A stretch of DNA of 51,115 nucleotides from a virus (lineage: Duplodnaviria; Caudoviricetes): IMG/VR virus record IMGVR_UViG_3300031472_000142, positions 1 through 51,115 of that record; one strand, 5' to 3'. Position 1 is the first letter of the stretch. Each line of letters begins with the position of its first letter. The notes under the pieces are model-generated. The model made no database searches. It was not told the origin of the DNA and saw only the letters and a list, made by a program, of their open reading frames with translations. A program made the translations under genes and the position numbers. This document shows positions 34,809-43,965 of the stretch, piece after piece.

Positions 34809-36175
34809 CACACTTTAGCGGCGCGCGCGTTGTCCAGAGTCCGAACTACTGGGCAGGCCGGCAGGGACATCAGATCACAGCCATCGTGATCCACTCGACC
34901 GCCGGCTACGAGCCTGGCGTTTTGGAGTGGTTTAGTACACCCAGCAGTTCCGTCAGCGCGCATTACGTGGTCAATCGGGACGGCTCCGTCATCTGCTGCG
35001 TTGACGAGGATGACAGTGCCTGGCATGCAGGTGTTGTCACCGCTGACTCGATCTATTACGGCAAAGGTAATCTCAATGTCACAACCATCGGAATTGAGCA
35101 TGAAAACGATGGAACCAACAGCCTGGGCCTAACGCCGGCACAAATGGCCGCCTCCGTGCGCCTGATCGCGGACATTCGCCGGCGGCACGGCAACCTGCCG
35201 TTCATCCCCCATCACGCGATCAACAGCGGCCACGCGGGGTGCCCGGGTCCGCGCTTCCCGCTGGCCGAACTGGATGCGGCCACACGACAAAATAGCGCGA
35301 CGACAACAATGAGCGGAGGAGGACGCGTGAACTATAAACAGCGGCACGTGTCGCAATACGAGAACTGGAACGACGGCACGGGCCTCAACGGCCACATGAA
35401 CTGCGGCGAGGCCTCGTGGGCCCGGTGGTTGATCGCCGCGGACTACCCTCTGTTCCTCACGTTGATCTCGCAGGGCCTGACGTTCACCCAGGCGGTGGGG
35501 CGCCTGATGGCGCACGTGCGCCAGGTGGCCACGGGACAGGCCGAACACACGGGCGAAGCGGGGACGCTCGTGGTCCAGATGGAGCACTACGCGCAGGCCG
35601 CTCAGATTCCCGGCTGGAGCCTGGCGCCCGCAGAGAAGGCACTCTGGGGCAGCGGTGTCATACGCCCCTGGACGATCTTCTTGGCCCGCGCGTGGCAGCT
35701 CACGCCGGCGCAGTACCCCGTGAGTTTCCTGGGGAGTAACCTGGACCTGCCCGACCACTACATCCTCAAACTGCCGGGACGCGCCGATGGGCCGCTCTTC
35801 AATGATCCGCTGGCCTGGGACAACGGCCAGGCGGATTGCGTGTACACCGTGGCGTCGGTGCGCGAGGCCGTGGCAGGACCCTCGTGCCTGATGTTGCCGG
35901 ATCCGTCGACCATCGCCTGGAGCGCGGTCGGTGACGGCGGGTACCGCGCTCACGCCAGGCCCGCTCCGACACGCCCCGCTCCGACGGCGGCGCGGTGGCG
36001 CGTGCGCGCCGGCGTCCCGTTGCACGTCGGTCCGACCTTCGGCCCTGGCGCGCTCGAGGACGCGGTGGACCTGACACTCGAGCAGCACGGTCAGGCAACG
36101 CCACACTGGACACCACTTTTTATGGGAGGACACGTGCGCTGGGCGCTCACATCGCTGCTGGAAAAAGTCGGTTAG
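34805..36175 (+). CDS. Endolysin: Amidase_2 plus C39-like cysteine peptidase and SH3-like tail
   Basis: IVIHST, SAHYVV, AWHAG, IGIEHE, CPG; then Q...NCGEAS, DHYI, FNDPL. Confidence 0.88.
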   Translation: MTHFSGARVVQSPNYWAGRQGHQITAIVIHSTAGYEPGVLEWFSTPSSSVSAHYVVNRDGSVICCVDEDDSAWHAGVVTADSIYYGKGNLNVTTIGIEHENDGTNSLGLTPAQMAASVRLIADIRRRHGNLPFIPHHAINSGHAGCPGPRFPLAELDAATRQNSATTTMSGGGRVNYKQRHVSQYENWNDGTGLNGHMNCGEASWARWLIAADYPLFLTLISQGLTFTQAVGRLMAHVRQVATGQAEHTGEAGTLVVQMEHYAQAAQIPGWSLAPAEKALWGSGVIRPWTIFLARAWQLTPAQYPVSFLGSNLDLPDHYILKLPGRADGPLFNDPLAWDNGQADCVYTVASVREAVAGPSCLMLPDPSTIAWSAVGDGGYRAHARPAPTRPAPTAARWRVRAGVPLHVGPTFGPGALEDAVDLTLEQHGQATPHWTPLFMGGHVRWALTSLLEKVG

Positions 36176-36198
36176 TTCACCAAAAGGGGGAAGGGATC

Positions 36199-36972
36199 AT
36201 GACGCAAGCAACCAACACGCTCGTGACCAATCAGATCATTGCCGTGATCGTGCTTGTCATCGCGGTCATCGTTCACGCCGCGCTCAACTATCTGGCGCTG
36301 GGACGGCAGACCAACGGCCTGGCAGCGCAAAACGCGCATGCCGACGCCGCTAACCAACTCGCGGTGAAAACGACCGGACTTCAAGCCGACGCGAACCACC
36401 AGGCCACGGACGCCACCCTGCACCGCTGGGCGCCGCCCGTGCTGGCCGCCGCCATCCGTCAGCTCGCGGCCGACAGTGGCGTGACGCCCGACGAGGTGCG
36501 CGCATCCTGGATGACGTACAAGGCCCAGGCGCTGACGATTGGCGCGGCCAGGCTCGTCGGATGGTTCCCGACGCTCAAAGGGGACGACGCGCGCCTGCTC
36601 CTCGAACATGTTGCCGACAGGGGCGGCACGCTCCTGACCAGCGCACTGCCAACCATTGAACAAATGGCCAGCCCGCTCCTAAACCAGGTCGGCAGTGAGG
36701 TGGCCGCGCTGCCGTTCAACAGCCTGCACATCCCACCCGAGGTCATCCAGCAGGCCGAGGCGATGGCGGCGGGATTGATCCCTGCCCTACGCACGGCGGC
36801 CCCGGCCCCGGCCATAACCCTGGCCCCAGCCCCGACGACGACCACCACTCCCGACGCGCCCCAGGTCGCTGTCAGCGACACGTTGCACACACCGGACGAC
36901 GGTCCGGCGCCTGTGGAGGGGACCATCACACCACTCACACCAGGAGCCGCCGCGGCAACACCACCCCGTTAG
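36199..36972 (+). CDS. N-terminal TM protein (holin-like)
   Basis: IIAVIVLVIAVIVHAALNYLAL; follows the endolysin. Confidence 0.65.
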   Translation: MTQATNTLVTNQIIAVIVLVIAVIVHAALNYLALGRQTNGLAAQNAHADAANQLAVKTTGLQADANHQATDATLHRWAPPVLAAAIRQLAADSGVTPDEVRASWMTYKAQALTIGAARLVGWFPTLKGDDARLLLEHVADRGGTLLTSALPTIEQMASPLLNQVGSEVAALPFNSLHIPPEVIQQAEAMAAGLIPALRTAAPAPAITLAPAPTTTTTPDAPQVAVSDTLHTPDDGPAPVEGTITPLTPGAAAATPPR

Positions 36973-36999
36973 AACAGGTCTATGCCGCACGGCATATCC

Positions 37000-37041
37000 A
37001 ACGCCCTGATCGCACCTTTAGCGGTGCGATCAGGGCGTTTT
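37000..37041 (+). terminator. Intrinsic terminator between convergent arms (possibly bidirectional)
   Basis: 17-bp stem aacgccctgatcgcacc/ggtgcgatcagggcgtt with a T run. Confidence 0.85.
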
Positions 37042-37076
37042 GTCGTTTAAGGATAGGGGGGGGATGTGTGTCTCGC

Positions 37077-37310
37077 TCATAGCGCACACTCATCAAGCGC
37101 GACCATGTGGCGCGGGCAGGACATGCCATACCCATGCTTATTGTAGCCCCACCCCGCCGGCGCTTGCCATATGCCGGCCGCGTCTTTGGTTAAGAGGCAC
37201 GGGGCGGAGCACCAACGCGTGCCCATGCGGCACGGGATGATGAGAGCAGCCATCTCAGCAGCGGTGGCCACGGGAAGCGGCTGGGGGACAGGTCCCGGCT
37301 GACTGGTCAT
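37077..37310 (-). CDS. Small Cys/His protein
   Basis: C..C..C...CPRH; ATGA overlap. Confidence 0.6.
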   Translation of the reverse strand: MTSQPGPVPQPLPVATAAEMAALIIPCRMGTRWCSAPCLLTKDAAGIWQAPAGWGYNKHGYGMSCPRHMVALDECAL

Positions 37311-37534
37311 GATCGCGACTCGGACGGCATCACCTCAATCCGTCCCGGCGCGATATCCACGACGACCAGGCGGGACAGGCGCAACGCGTCGACGAACGCC
37401 TGGTCGGTGCTCGTCACGATAAACTCCGTGCCGTCGGCGGTCGGATCTTCACTCAGAGGACGCAGGTCAATGTCCCACGCTCCTTCACCGTTCTCACGAA
37501 TAGCATCCGTGACATAGATCAAGCGCAGTGTCAT
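37307..37534 (-). CDS. Hypothetical protein
   Basis: GGAGG RBS. Confidence 0.7.
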   Translation of the reverse strand: MTLRLIYVTDAIRENGEGAWDIDLRPLSEDPTADGTEFIVTSTDQAFVDALRLSRLVVVDIAPGRIEVMPSESRS

Positions 37535-37608
37535 GGCCATCCCTCCGCGCGGCATCCCTCTGCCACCATCGTGTCAACGTCGTTAGTCACGCCTCCCTCC
37601 TTTCCCCT

Positions 37609-37628
37609 TTATCCACAGCTTATCCACA
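37609..37628 (+). promoter_or_regulatory. Two tandem consensus DnaA boxes
   Basis: TTATCCACA at 37609-37617 and 37620-37628. Confidence 0.85.
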
Positions 37629-38150
37629 GCCCTCCACGGTCCCGATCGTCTCCCAATGCACGCGCACGATCTCTTCCCGCAAGTCCTCAACCTGCACCGC
37701 CCACCGTTTGCGCGTGTCGATCAGCAGGCGCACGGCGTCCACGGCGTGCGCCACGCTGCTGTGGTCTCGCGCGACCAGGCGGCCCACGGCGGTCAGGCCC
37801 AGGCCGAGGTCCTCGACCAGCAGATAGCAGAGGACCTGCCGGGCCTGGGCCTCCTCGGGCGTGCCGCGTGTGCACTGGATGAGTTGCCGGCGATGCAGGT
37901 CGTAGTAGGAGCAGACGACGCCGATGACGCGGTCGACCAGGTCCGACAGACGGTCGTCCGCGGCCTGGCGGACGGGACGCAGCTCCCACTGCTGGACATA
38001 GCACGCGTAGCAAAGTCCGCGACTAAAATGCCGGCGCTCCGTGGTCTGACAGCGGGCGCAGCGCGGGTGGCGGGCGGACGACCAGGCCGCGGAGGCGCCA
38101 GGACACGGAGGCGCCGGCCGTCCCATGGCGCGGTTAGGGTTGGCGGACAT
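37620..38150 (-). CDS. Zn-finger plus DnaA domain IV (Bac_DnaA_C)-like protein
   Basis: CARC...CYAC, then ARQVLCYL...LGLTAVGRLVARDHSSVAHA, versus DnaA RQ.AMYL...SL..IG..F.GRDHTTV.HA; AGGAGG RBS. Confidence 0.85.
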   Translation of the reverse strand: MSANPNRAMGRPAPPCPGASAAWSSARHPRCARCQTTERRHFSRGLCYACYVQQWELRPVRQAADDRLSDLVDRVIGVVCSYYDLHRRQLIQCTRGTPEEAQARQVLCYLLVEDLGLGLTAVGRLVARDHSSVAHAVDAVRLLIDTRKRWAVQVEDLREEIVRVHWETIGTVEGCG

Positions 38151-38787
38151 TGGTAGCCTCCTGCTCGAGGAGCGTCCCAGCCATTCGTTTAAGTAGCGCT
38201 AACACGGCGCGCCCATCGCCGACAGCCGTGTGGTCGCCGCCCGGCAACGGCTGCCACCGGTACGTCCCATGATAGGCGCTCCAGTCGCCGACGTACGCGG
38301 CGTAGAGCAACAGCGCGTCACGCACCGCCGTCGTCTCCAGCGGCGCGAGGGTATCGCGCCGGATGGAGGCCTCGATGAAGCCGAGATCGAAGCCTCTGTT
38401 GTAGATCCACACCTGACGGCCGCGCGTGGCCGCGATGACGCGCTCATGGAGCGCGGCGTAGGGCGGCGCGTCCAGGATCACCCGATCGGTCAGGCCGTGG
38501 ATCGCCGTAGCGGCGGGCGGGATAGGCCGGCCAGGATTAACCAGCGTCTCCAGTAGCGCCGCGCCGTCGGGCGCCACGACCGCCACGGCGACGATGCGAT
38601 CCTCGTGGGCGTCGAACCCCGTCGTCTCGACGTCGAGCACGCACCAGCCGGTTTGAGGGAGCGCCAGGACCATGCGCGCCAGGCAGATGGCTTCCTCTCG
38701 ATCCTGTTGTCGCATCAGGTCCTCCGCGCGGTCTTGCACCTTCTCCTCGGTCGCCCACGTCCAGGCTGTTGTCTCGTCACGCGCCAT
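38134..38787 (-). CDS. DEDDh 3'-5' exonuclease (DnaQ-like)
   Basis: LDVETTG, YNRGFD, HTAVGD. Confidence 0.9.
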   Translation of the reverse strand: MARDETTAWTWATEEKVQDRAEDLMRQQDREEAICLARMVLALPQTGWCVLDVETTGFDAHEDRIVAVAVVAPDGAALLETLVNPGRPIPPAATAIHGLTDRVILDAPPYAALHERVIAATRGRQVWIYNRGFDLGFIEASIRRDTLAPLETTAVRDALLLYAAYVGDWSAYHGTYRWQPLPGGDHTAVGDGRAVLALLKRMAGTLLEQEATNVRQP

Positions 38788-39823
38788 TGTTCTCGCTCCT
38801 TTCATCTCTCTCATCGTCGTCGTCGAACACCATCGCTTGTTGCGCCCGGGCGGCGGTCCACGCCGCCACGGCGGCGGGATTCCGCCAGACGCTCTCGACG
38901 GCGCGCCGCGCCACGCGATGGCGCGGCGCATTCAACGCCATCGCGATATCGATCCGTTCCCACCCCGCCTCCTCCAGCCGGTCGTGGACCGCCGGGTAGC
39001 GATACCCCGACAGGACGACCATGGCGGGGCAGGCCAGCAGGTAGTCGACCAGCGCCTGGTGCGCGGCGACGTCGGCCTCCTGCTGCGCGGCCGAGATGGT
39101 CCACACCTGACCGCCCTGGTTCACCGCGTCGGCCAGTTCGTAGGCGTAGCGTTTGGAGTAGCGGCCGCGCGTGGCCATCACATACGGCGGATCGAGGTAC
39201 GCGCAGACGCCGGGCTTGGCATAGGCGTCCATGATGCGCCGCCAGTCGCCGTGCTCGATCTGCACGTGGCGCAAACGGCCGTGGATGTCTGGCAGCATCT
39301 CCACGATAGACAACCACCGCTGTCCGGCGCTGTTGCCGCCATTGCCAGCGCGATAGCCCCATGCGCCCGGCATCACCACTGGCGCGGCGGGCGGCGGGAG
39401 CGTCGCACTGTATTTCCACCCCGAGCGGGCGCCCGTGCCCGTCGAGCCGCCGAAGGCCTGCCGGACGCACACGTACCAGGCCCACGCGCGGCGCACGGGG
39501 TCGGGCTCGGACACGGCCTGTGCGCGGCAGGCCTCGAACTCCACGCGGGCGTACGGCGTCAGGTGGCACAGGCGCACGAACTCATGGAAGAGGTCGGGGT
39601 CACGCAGCACACGATAGAAATGCACCACGCCGTCGTCCAGGTCGTTGATGGTTTCGAGGGGTGACGGCTCCTTGCGCCAGAACACCGACCCGCCGCCGAA
39701 AAACGGCTCAATGTAGCACTGATGAGGCGGCAAGAGCGGAATGATATGGTGCGCCATATGGCCTTTGCCTCCAAACCAACAGATGGGCGACCGTAACGGC
39801 TGATACGCGGCAGCGGATGTCAT
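38777..39823 (-). CDS. DNA N6-adenine methyltransferase (Dam/D12 class)
   Basis: WFGGK, EPFFGGGSV, INDLD, DPPY. Confidence 0.92.
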   Translation of the reverse strand: MTSAAAYQPLRSPICWFGGKGHMAHHIIPLLPPHQCYIEPFFGGGSVFWRKEPSPLETINDLDDGVVHFYRVLRDPDLFHEFVRLCHLTPYARVEFEACRAQAVSEPDPVRRAWAWYVCVRQAFGGSTGTGARSGWKYSATLPPPAAPVVMPGAWGYRAGNGGNSAGQRWLSIVEMLPDIHGRLRHVQIEHGDWRRIMDAYAKPGVCAYLDPPYVMATRGRYSKRYAYELADAVNQGGQVWTISAAQQEADVAAHQALVDYLLACPAMVVLSGYRYPAVHDRLEEAGWERIDIAMALNAPRHRVARRAVESVWRNPAAVAAWTAARAQQAMVFDDDDERDERSENNGA

Positions 39824-40407
39824 GAGTGCACCACCCGCATAGCATGCGTCGCCGTACACCCGAAGCGCGCCCCGCTATCTTTCCAATACATGCCCGTTGC
39901 TCTTAGTCGACGCATCTCTGCTTTCTGCTCATCAGTCAGGACGGGGCGGCCACGCCAGGTGTGGGATAGTTGATAGGCGCGCGCGCGGCCCTGTGCGTAG
40001 GCGTGGTCCATAGTGCCGGTCGGGGTGACGAGCTCGAGGGTAGATAAGCGATTGTGATGCTTGTTGAGGTCCTTATGGTTGACCTCCAGGCCTTCGGGAA
40101 TAGGGCCATTGAACCAGACCCAGATCACCCGATGCGCCTGCACGGAGCGCGTCTTGTCCGCGCTCACTCCGAGCGTCAAGCGTCGATACCCTTTGTTGCC
40201 AACGTTTTCGGCTCGACGGGGCGTGACGGGGATAAGGCGTGACGCGCCTTTCCCGTTGTTCCGACGTTCGGCAACGCGCCAGATGCGCCCCTCGTCGTCA
40301 ATGCGCAAAACGCCATCATGAAGCATCTGCAACGCCAACTCCAACGGGTGTCGTGCCAGGGGCGAACGCAAAAGCGTCTGTGCAACAGGGGTCGTTTGCA
40401 TGGTCAT
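39820..40407 (-). CDS. HNH endonuclease (HNH_3-like) with C-terminal HTH
   Basis: AHRVIW...EVNHKDLNKHHNRLSTLE. Confidence 0.88.
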   Translation of the reverse strand: MTMQTTPVAQTLLRSPLARHPLELALQMLHDGVLRIDDEGRIWRVAERRNNGKGASRLIPVTPRRAENVGNKGYRRLTLGVSADKTRSVQAHRVIWVWFNGPIPEGLEVNHKDLNKHHNRLSTLELVTPTGTMDHAYAQGRARAYQLSHTWRGRPVLTDEQKAEMRRLRATGMYWKDSGARFGCTATHAMRVVHS

Positions 40408-40409
40408 GA

Positions 40410-40883
40410 CTAGCACTCCCACCACGCGCCGTAACCGCGGTAGAACAAGTACGCTGCGATGTGCGCCTGGGCGTCGGGGTCCGTGATCGGGCGGTACTCG
40501 GGGTCTGGCGCGCTCAGGTGAGGCGCCAGGCTCATGTCCGCGTTAAGAAGTTGCACCCCAAACGTGTAGCTGGCGCTCTTAAATTGATATAACCCGATCG
40601 TGCCGCTTGCTGGATTGTAGGCGGCTCGATCAAGCCCGCTCTCGCACTGGGCCACGGCCGTCATCGCGGCCACGCTCAAGCCATAAGCGACCGACCAGTA
40701 GGAAATGCTGGCCAGCACGCCATCGTCCGCGGCGGCCGGTCGTGGCGTGAGGGCAAGACCAGCCAGCGCCAGGCCGACCAGGACACCGGCGAGGCGACGA
40801 CGTCCGCGTACGCGGGGTGAGGATGAACAGGAGCCGGAATGCCGCCGGCGGCGGCACGAGCCGCACACAGGAAGGCGCGTCAT
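40410..40883 (-). CDS. Secreted lysozyme-like lytic transglycosylase (SLT/Rpf-like)
   Basis: Signal peptide ending PAAA/D; VAQCESG...AYNP..G..GLYQF; terminal W.C. Confidence 0.8.
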   Translation of the reverse strand: MTRLPVCGSCRRRRHSGSCSSSPRVRGRRRLAGVLVGLALAGLALTPRPAAADDGVLASISYWSVAYGLSVAAMTAVAQCESGLDRAAYNPASGTIGLYQFKSASYTFGVQLLNADMSLAPHLSAPDPEYRPITDPDAQAHIAAYLFYRGYGAWWEC

Positions 40884-41269
40884 AGCTGCACCTCTACCCC
40901 AACCGTCCGCACGGCAGCTAGGCAGATCGCCTCCGCCGCCGTGTCGCCATGACCCCTACGGCCCGACCCGATGCCCGTCACGCGCGCATCCGGGGTTCGC
41001 AGAAAAGAGCACGTCCACGAGAGAGCCCCGGTCTGCCGCAGCCCCGACAGTCGCCAACCCCGGTGGTTCAGCGCGACGACGCACAGCCACGCATCCTGGA
41101 TGGTCTGACTCGGCGCCGGCATCTCCTCCATGATCGTGCGCGTCCCGTTTGGCGCGACGTAGTAGCCAGTCGTGTCACCGGAGTACCGCTCGCGGTAGGT
41201 GTAGCCACACACCTCCGTCAGCACGAGGTGGTCGCGCTGATAGGGGGCGAGGGCGGACCAGCGCGTCAT
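40880..41269 (-). CDS. Phage ABA-sandwich (BC1872-like) protein
   Basis: PSQTIQDAWL...GDTAAEAICLAA. Confidence 0.65.
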   Translation of the reverse strand: MTRWSALAPYQRDHLVLTEVCGYTYRERYSGDTTGYYVAPNGTRTIMEEMPAPSQTIQDAWLCVVALNHRGWRLSGLRQTGALSWTCSFLRTPDARVTGIGSGRRGHGDTAAEAICLAAVRTVGVEVQL

Positions 41270-41496
41270 GGCCGCACCGCCCGCGCCGCTAATCGCTCGT
41301 TCGCGGCCGCGATGGCGGCCACTATCGCGGCCAGGTGCGCGTCCGAGCCCGCTTCGGCCAGCCAGGTGTTCCACACCCGCGCCCTCAGATGCGCGGGGAC
41401 AAGCTTCCAGTGATCCCAGCACATGAGTTTGGCGCGCGCGACCTGGCGCGCGCAACCCCACGCGGGGCACTGATGCGTGTCAGTTGCGTTGTTCAT
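41266..41496 (-). CDS. Small CCCH zinc-finger protein
   Basis: HQCPAWGC...LMCWDHWKLVP. Confidence 0.75.
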   Translation of the reverse strand: MNNATDTHQCPAWGCARQVARAKLMCWDHWKLVPAHLRARVWNTWLAEAGSDAHLAAIVAAIAAANERLAARAVRP

Positions 41497-41505
41497 TCCG
41501 GCTCC

Positions 41506-42360
41506 TCAATCTTTTTGTTGTTCCACCGGACAAGACAACGCTTTACCGTGCGTTTGTCGGCGACGGAGCGCCTCCACCACCAGGCCCAGGACCTCTTTGG
41601 CCTCCTGCGCGTCGGGGTGTTGCGCGGGCCTGCGCGCTCGCGTCCGCACCCGGGTGACGATGGCTCGGACGCCCTGCGCCGTCAATCGGTAGTCGGCGGC
41701 GATCTCCTCCATCGGCTGCCGGTCGCGCGCCTTACGGACACACACCGTGACATACAGCGCCACGGCCCGCGCCTCGCGCAGCGGCGGCGTCAGGTCAGGC
41801 CCGGCGCACAACGCGTCAGGCTCGTCCGCGCCGTACCAGCGCGCGACACGCGTCAGGACAAAGCGCCGGAACGCGGCTCGTCGCCGGCGCGCTTTCTCTT
41901 CCCGTTCAGCCACTCGGGCGGCCCGCGCCTCGGGCGTGCGGTACGTCTCCGCGTACCGACGGCGGGACCGTTCGCCGATCTCGTCACGCCTGCGCCAGTA
42001 GTGCGCCGTCGTCTGCCGATTGAGCACGGCCCGGTTGACCAGGTAGTAGCCGCGTTTCCACTCGCGCTGATCCTCGGCATGCGCGGCGTCCCACTGCCGC
42101 TTGTACACGCGGATCTCGCCCTGGCAGCGCGCGGCATAGGCCGCCTTCGTCACGCGAGTCGTCTCGAACCGTCCGAGGTAGTAGGCGCGCATCGCGGGCG
42201 GCGCCGCGTCCACCTCGCACGATCGGCAGCGCAGTGGGCGGCGCGTGCCGCGATAAAGCAAGCGGTAGCTGTCGAGCGGGACCTCTGTCAGGCAGCCAGG
42301 GCAGAAATAGCGCCGCGCGGGATCGCGATCGTCGATCCAGGTCATGGGGACGGCCATCAC
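41506..42360 (-). CDS. Zn-finger protein with degenerate DnaA-IV-like HTH at the C-terminus
   Basis: CPGC...CRSC; VARWYG...REARAVALYV...MEEIAADY. Confidence 0.6.
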   Translation of the reverse strand: MMAVPMTWIDDRDPARRYFCPGCLTEVPLDSYRLLYRGTRRPLRCRSCEVDAAPPAMRAYYLGRFETTRVTKAAYAARCQGEIRVYKRQWDAAHAEDQREWKRGYYLVNRAVLNRQTTAHYWRRRDEIGERSRRRYAETYRTPEARAARVAEREEKARRRRAAFRRFVLTRVARWYGADEPDALCAGPDLTPPLREARAVALYVTVCVRKARDRQPMEEIAADYRLTAQGVRAIVTRVRTRARRPAQHPDAQEAKEVLGLVVEALRRRQTHGKALSCPVEQQKD

Positions 42361-43946
42361 GACACCTCGCTCTCGGCGCTGTCATCAGCGCCTGCCGCCG
42401 GCGGCCCGACGGCCAGGTCGTCGTGCTGATCGGGGCTGGCCCACTGCGACCGCAGCCACCCGTAGAACGGGTAGGACCGGAGGGGGTTGTCGGGATCGCC
42501 CGCGTAGCGATACTGCGACGCCCACTCAGCCAGCTCCTTGCGCGTCTGGATCTCGAACACGAGCTTGAGCTGCGTGTCAATCGGCAGCGTGGCCAATTGC
42601 TCGGCCGTCAGCTCCTTCATGCTCTTGTCCCACAGCGCGGGCGCGTGGCGGTGCGTCGCGGCGCGCAGCGGCCCGACCGCCGTACCCCACTGGAGCATGC
42701 GTCGCAGCATCAGCGCCACCTGCATCGGGTGCAGCGGCCGCGTATCCACGTGGCGCGCCAGGCCCTCCAGGTCGGCCGCCACCTCCGCCTTGACGACGGC
42801 GTCCCGGCGCGCCGTCTCCTCGTCGCGCAGCCCCTTGTAGCGCGCGGGATCGGTGCAGATCGGGACCGCTTCCGCCTGGTAGCCCTGGGCCTGGCCGCGG
42901 CAGGGACACGCCGCCGTGCAGGCCTCTGGTACGGGGTAGCCGTAGGATTTTTCGCACCGTTCGTACGTGTCGCTAGCGAGATCTCGGAGGTGCGGAATGG
43001 CGGCAGCAGGTGCGCCATCGGGCGTCGCCGCGGCGTCGCGCGATGGCTGCTGGCGTTGGCGCGCCGCAGCCGTGTTCAACTCCTTCCAATGCGACGGATT
43101 GAGGCACACGCTGTGGTAGCTGTCTTTTTTGCGCGCGTCGAAGGGACAGCCTTTGCACGCGGCGAACGGTGTGAACAGGATCTGCAGCAGCCCCGCGCGC
43201 TGGAGCGCGTAGGAGTCCGGAATCGACGACTCCAGATTCTTGCTGGTGGCGCCGGTAGCCACGGCCTGGGCGGCGATCGCGGACGCCGCCGTGGGGAAGG
43301 CCTTGAAGCGCAGCAGGGCCGCGCCGTGAGCCACACTGAGCGCGCCGGCTCTGATCAACTCCCGCACATCTTCCGGCAGGTCCAGCAGGCCGATCGCCTT
43401 GGCGATGGCGGGCTGGGTGCGGTTGACGGCGCGGCCGATCTCGCTCTGCGTGTAGCTGGCCTGATCGCGCAGACGCCGGTAGCCCTCGGCCTCCTCGATG
43501 GGATCGAGGTCCCGACGCTGAAGATTTTCGATCAGGGCCAGGGCCAACGCCCGGCGGTCGTCGACGCCCTCCAGGATGCGGGCGGGGACGGTCTCCATCG
43601 CGGCTAAAGCGGCCGCGCGCCAGCGTCGTTCACCGGCGATGAGGGAGTAGTAGGGAGGCGGCCCGTCGGGCGCCACGTCCGCAATAGGGCGCACCACGAC
43701 GGGCTCGAGCATGCCATGCTCTTTGAGACTGGTGGCCAGCTCCTCCAGGGCCGCCCGGTCAAAATGGGTGCGCGGGTTGATCGTGGAGGGCATGATCCAC
43801 TCCCGTGGCAGGTCGAGCATACCGCCGGCAGCAGGGGTATGCCGCGCGGCATAGGGTGAGGTAGCGGACGGGGGCGGGATGGGCACGGGCACGGGCACGG
43901 GCGCCGGAGATGGAGGGCGTGAGCGCGGGCGTGCGGTGGTGGTCAC
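42357..43946 (-). CDS. parB: ParB/RepB/Spo0J-family protein with Cys-rich extension
   Basis: NPRTHF, GMLEPVVVRP, IAGERRWRAA, IENLQRRDL; AGGAG RBS before GTG 43946. Confidence 0.9.
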   Translation of the reverse strand: MTTTARPRSRPPSPAPVPVPVPIPPPSATSPYAARHTPAAGGMLDLPREWIMPSTINPRTHFDRAALEELATSLKEHGMLEPVVVRPIADVAPDGPPPYYSLIAGERRWRAAALAAMETVPARILEGVDDRRALALALIENLQRRDLDPIEEAEGYRRLRDQASYTQSEIGRAVNRTQPAIAKAIGLLDLPEDVRELIRAGALSVAHGAALLRFKAFPTAASAIAAQAVATGATSKNLESSIPDSYALQRAGLLQILFTPFAACKGCPFDARKKDSYHSVCLNPSHWKELNTAAARQRQQPSRDAAATPDGAPAAAIPHLRDLASDTYERCEKSYGYPVPEACTAACPCRGQAQGYQAEAVPICTDPARYKGLRDEETARRDAVVKAEVAADLEGLARHVDTRPLHPMQVALMLRRMLQWGTAVGPLRAATHRHAPALWDKSMKELTAEQLATLPIDTQLKLVFEIQTRKELAEWASQYRYAGDPDNPLRSYPFYGWLRSQWASPDQHDDLAVGPPAAGADDSAESEVS

Positions 43947-43965
43947 GGGGAGATCTCCTCTCGGA

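Noticed and set aside
38777-40407. HNH plus methylase as a restriction-modification system
   Set aside because: The HNH is of the homing type with an HTH, and orphan Dam-like methylases are common in phages.
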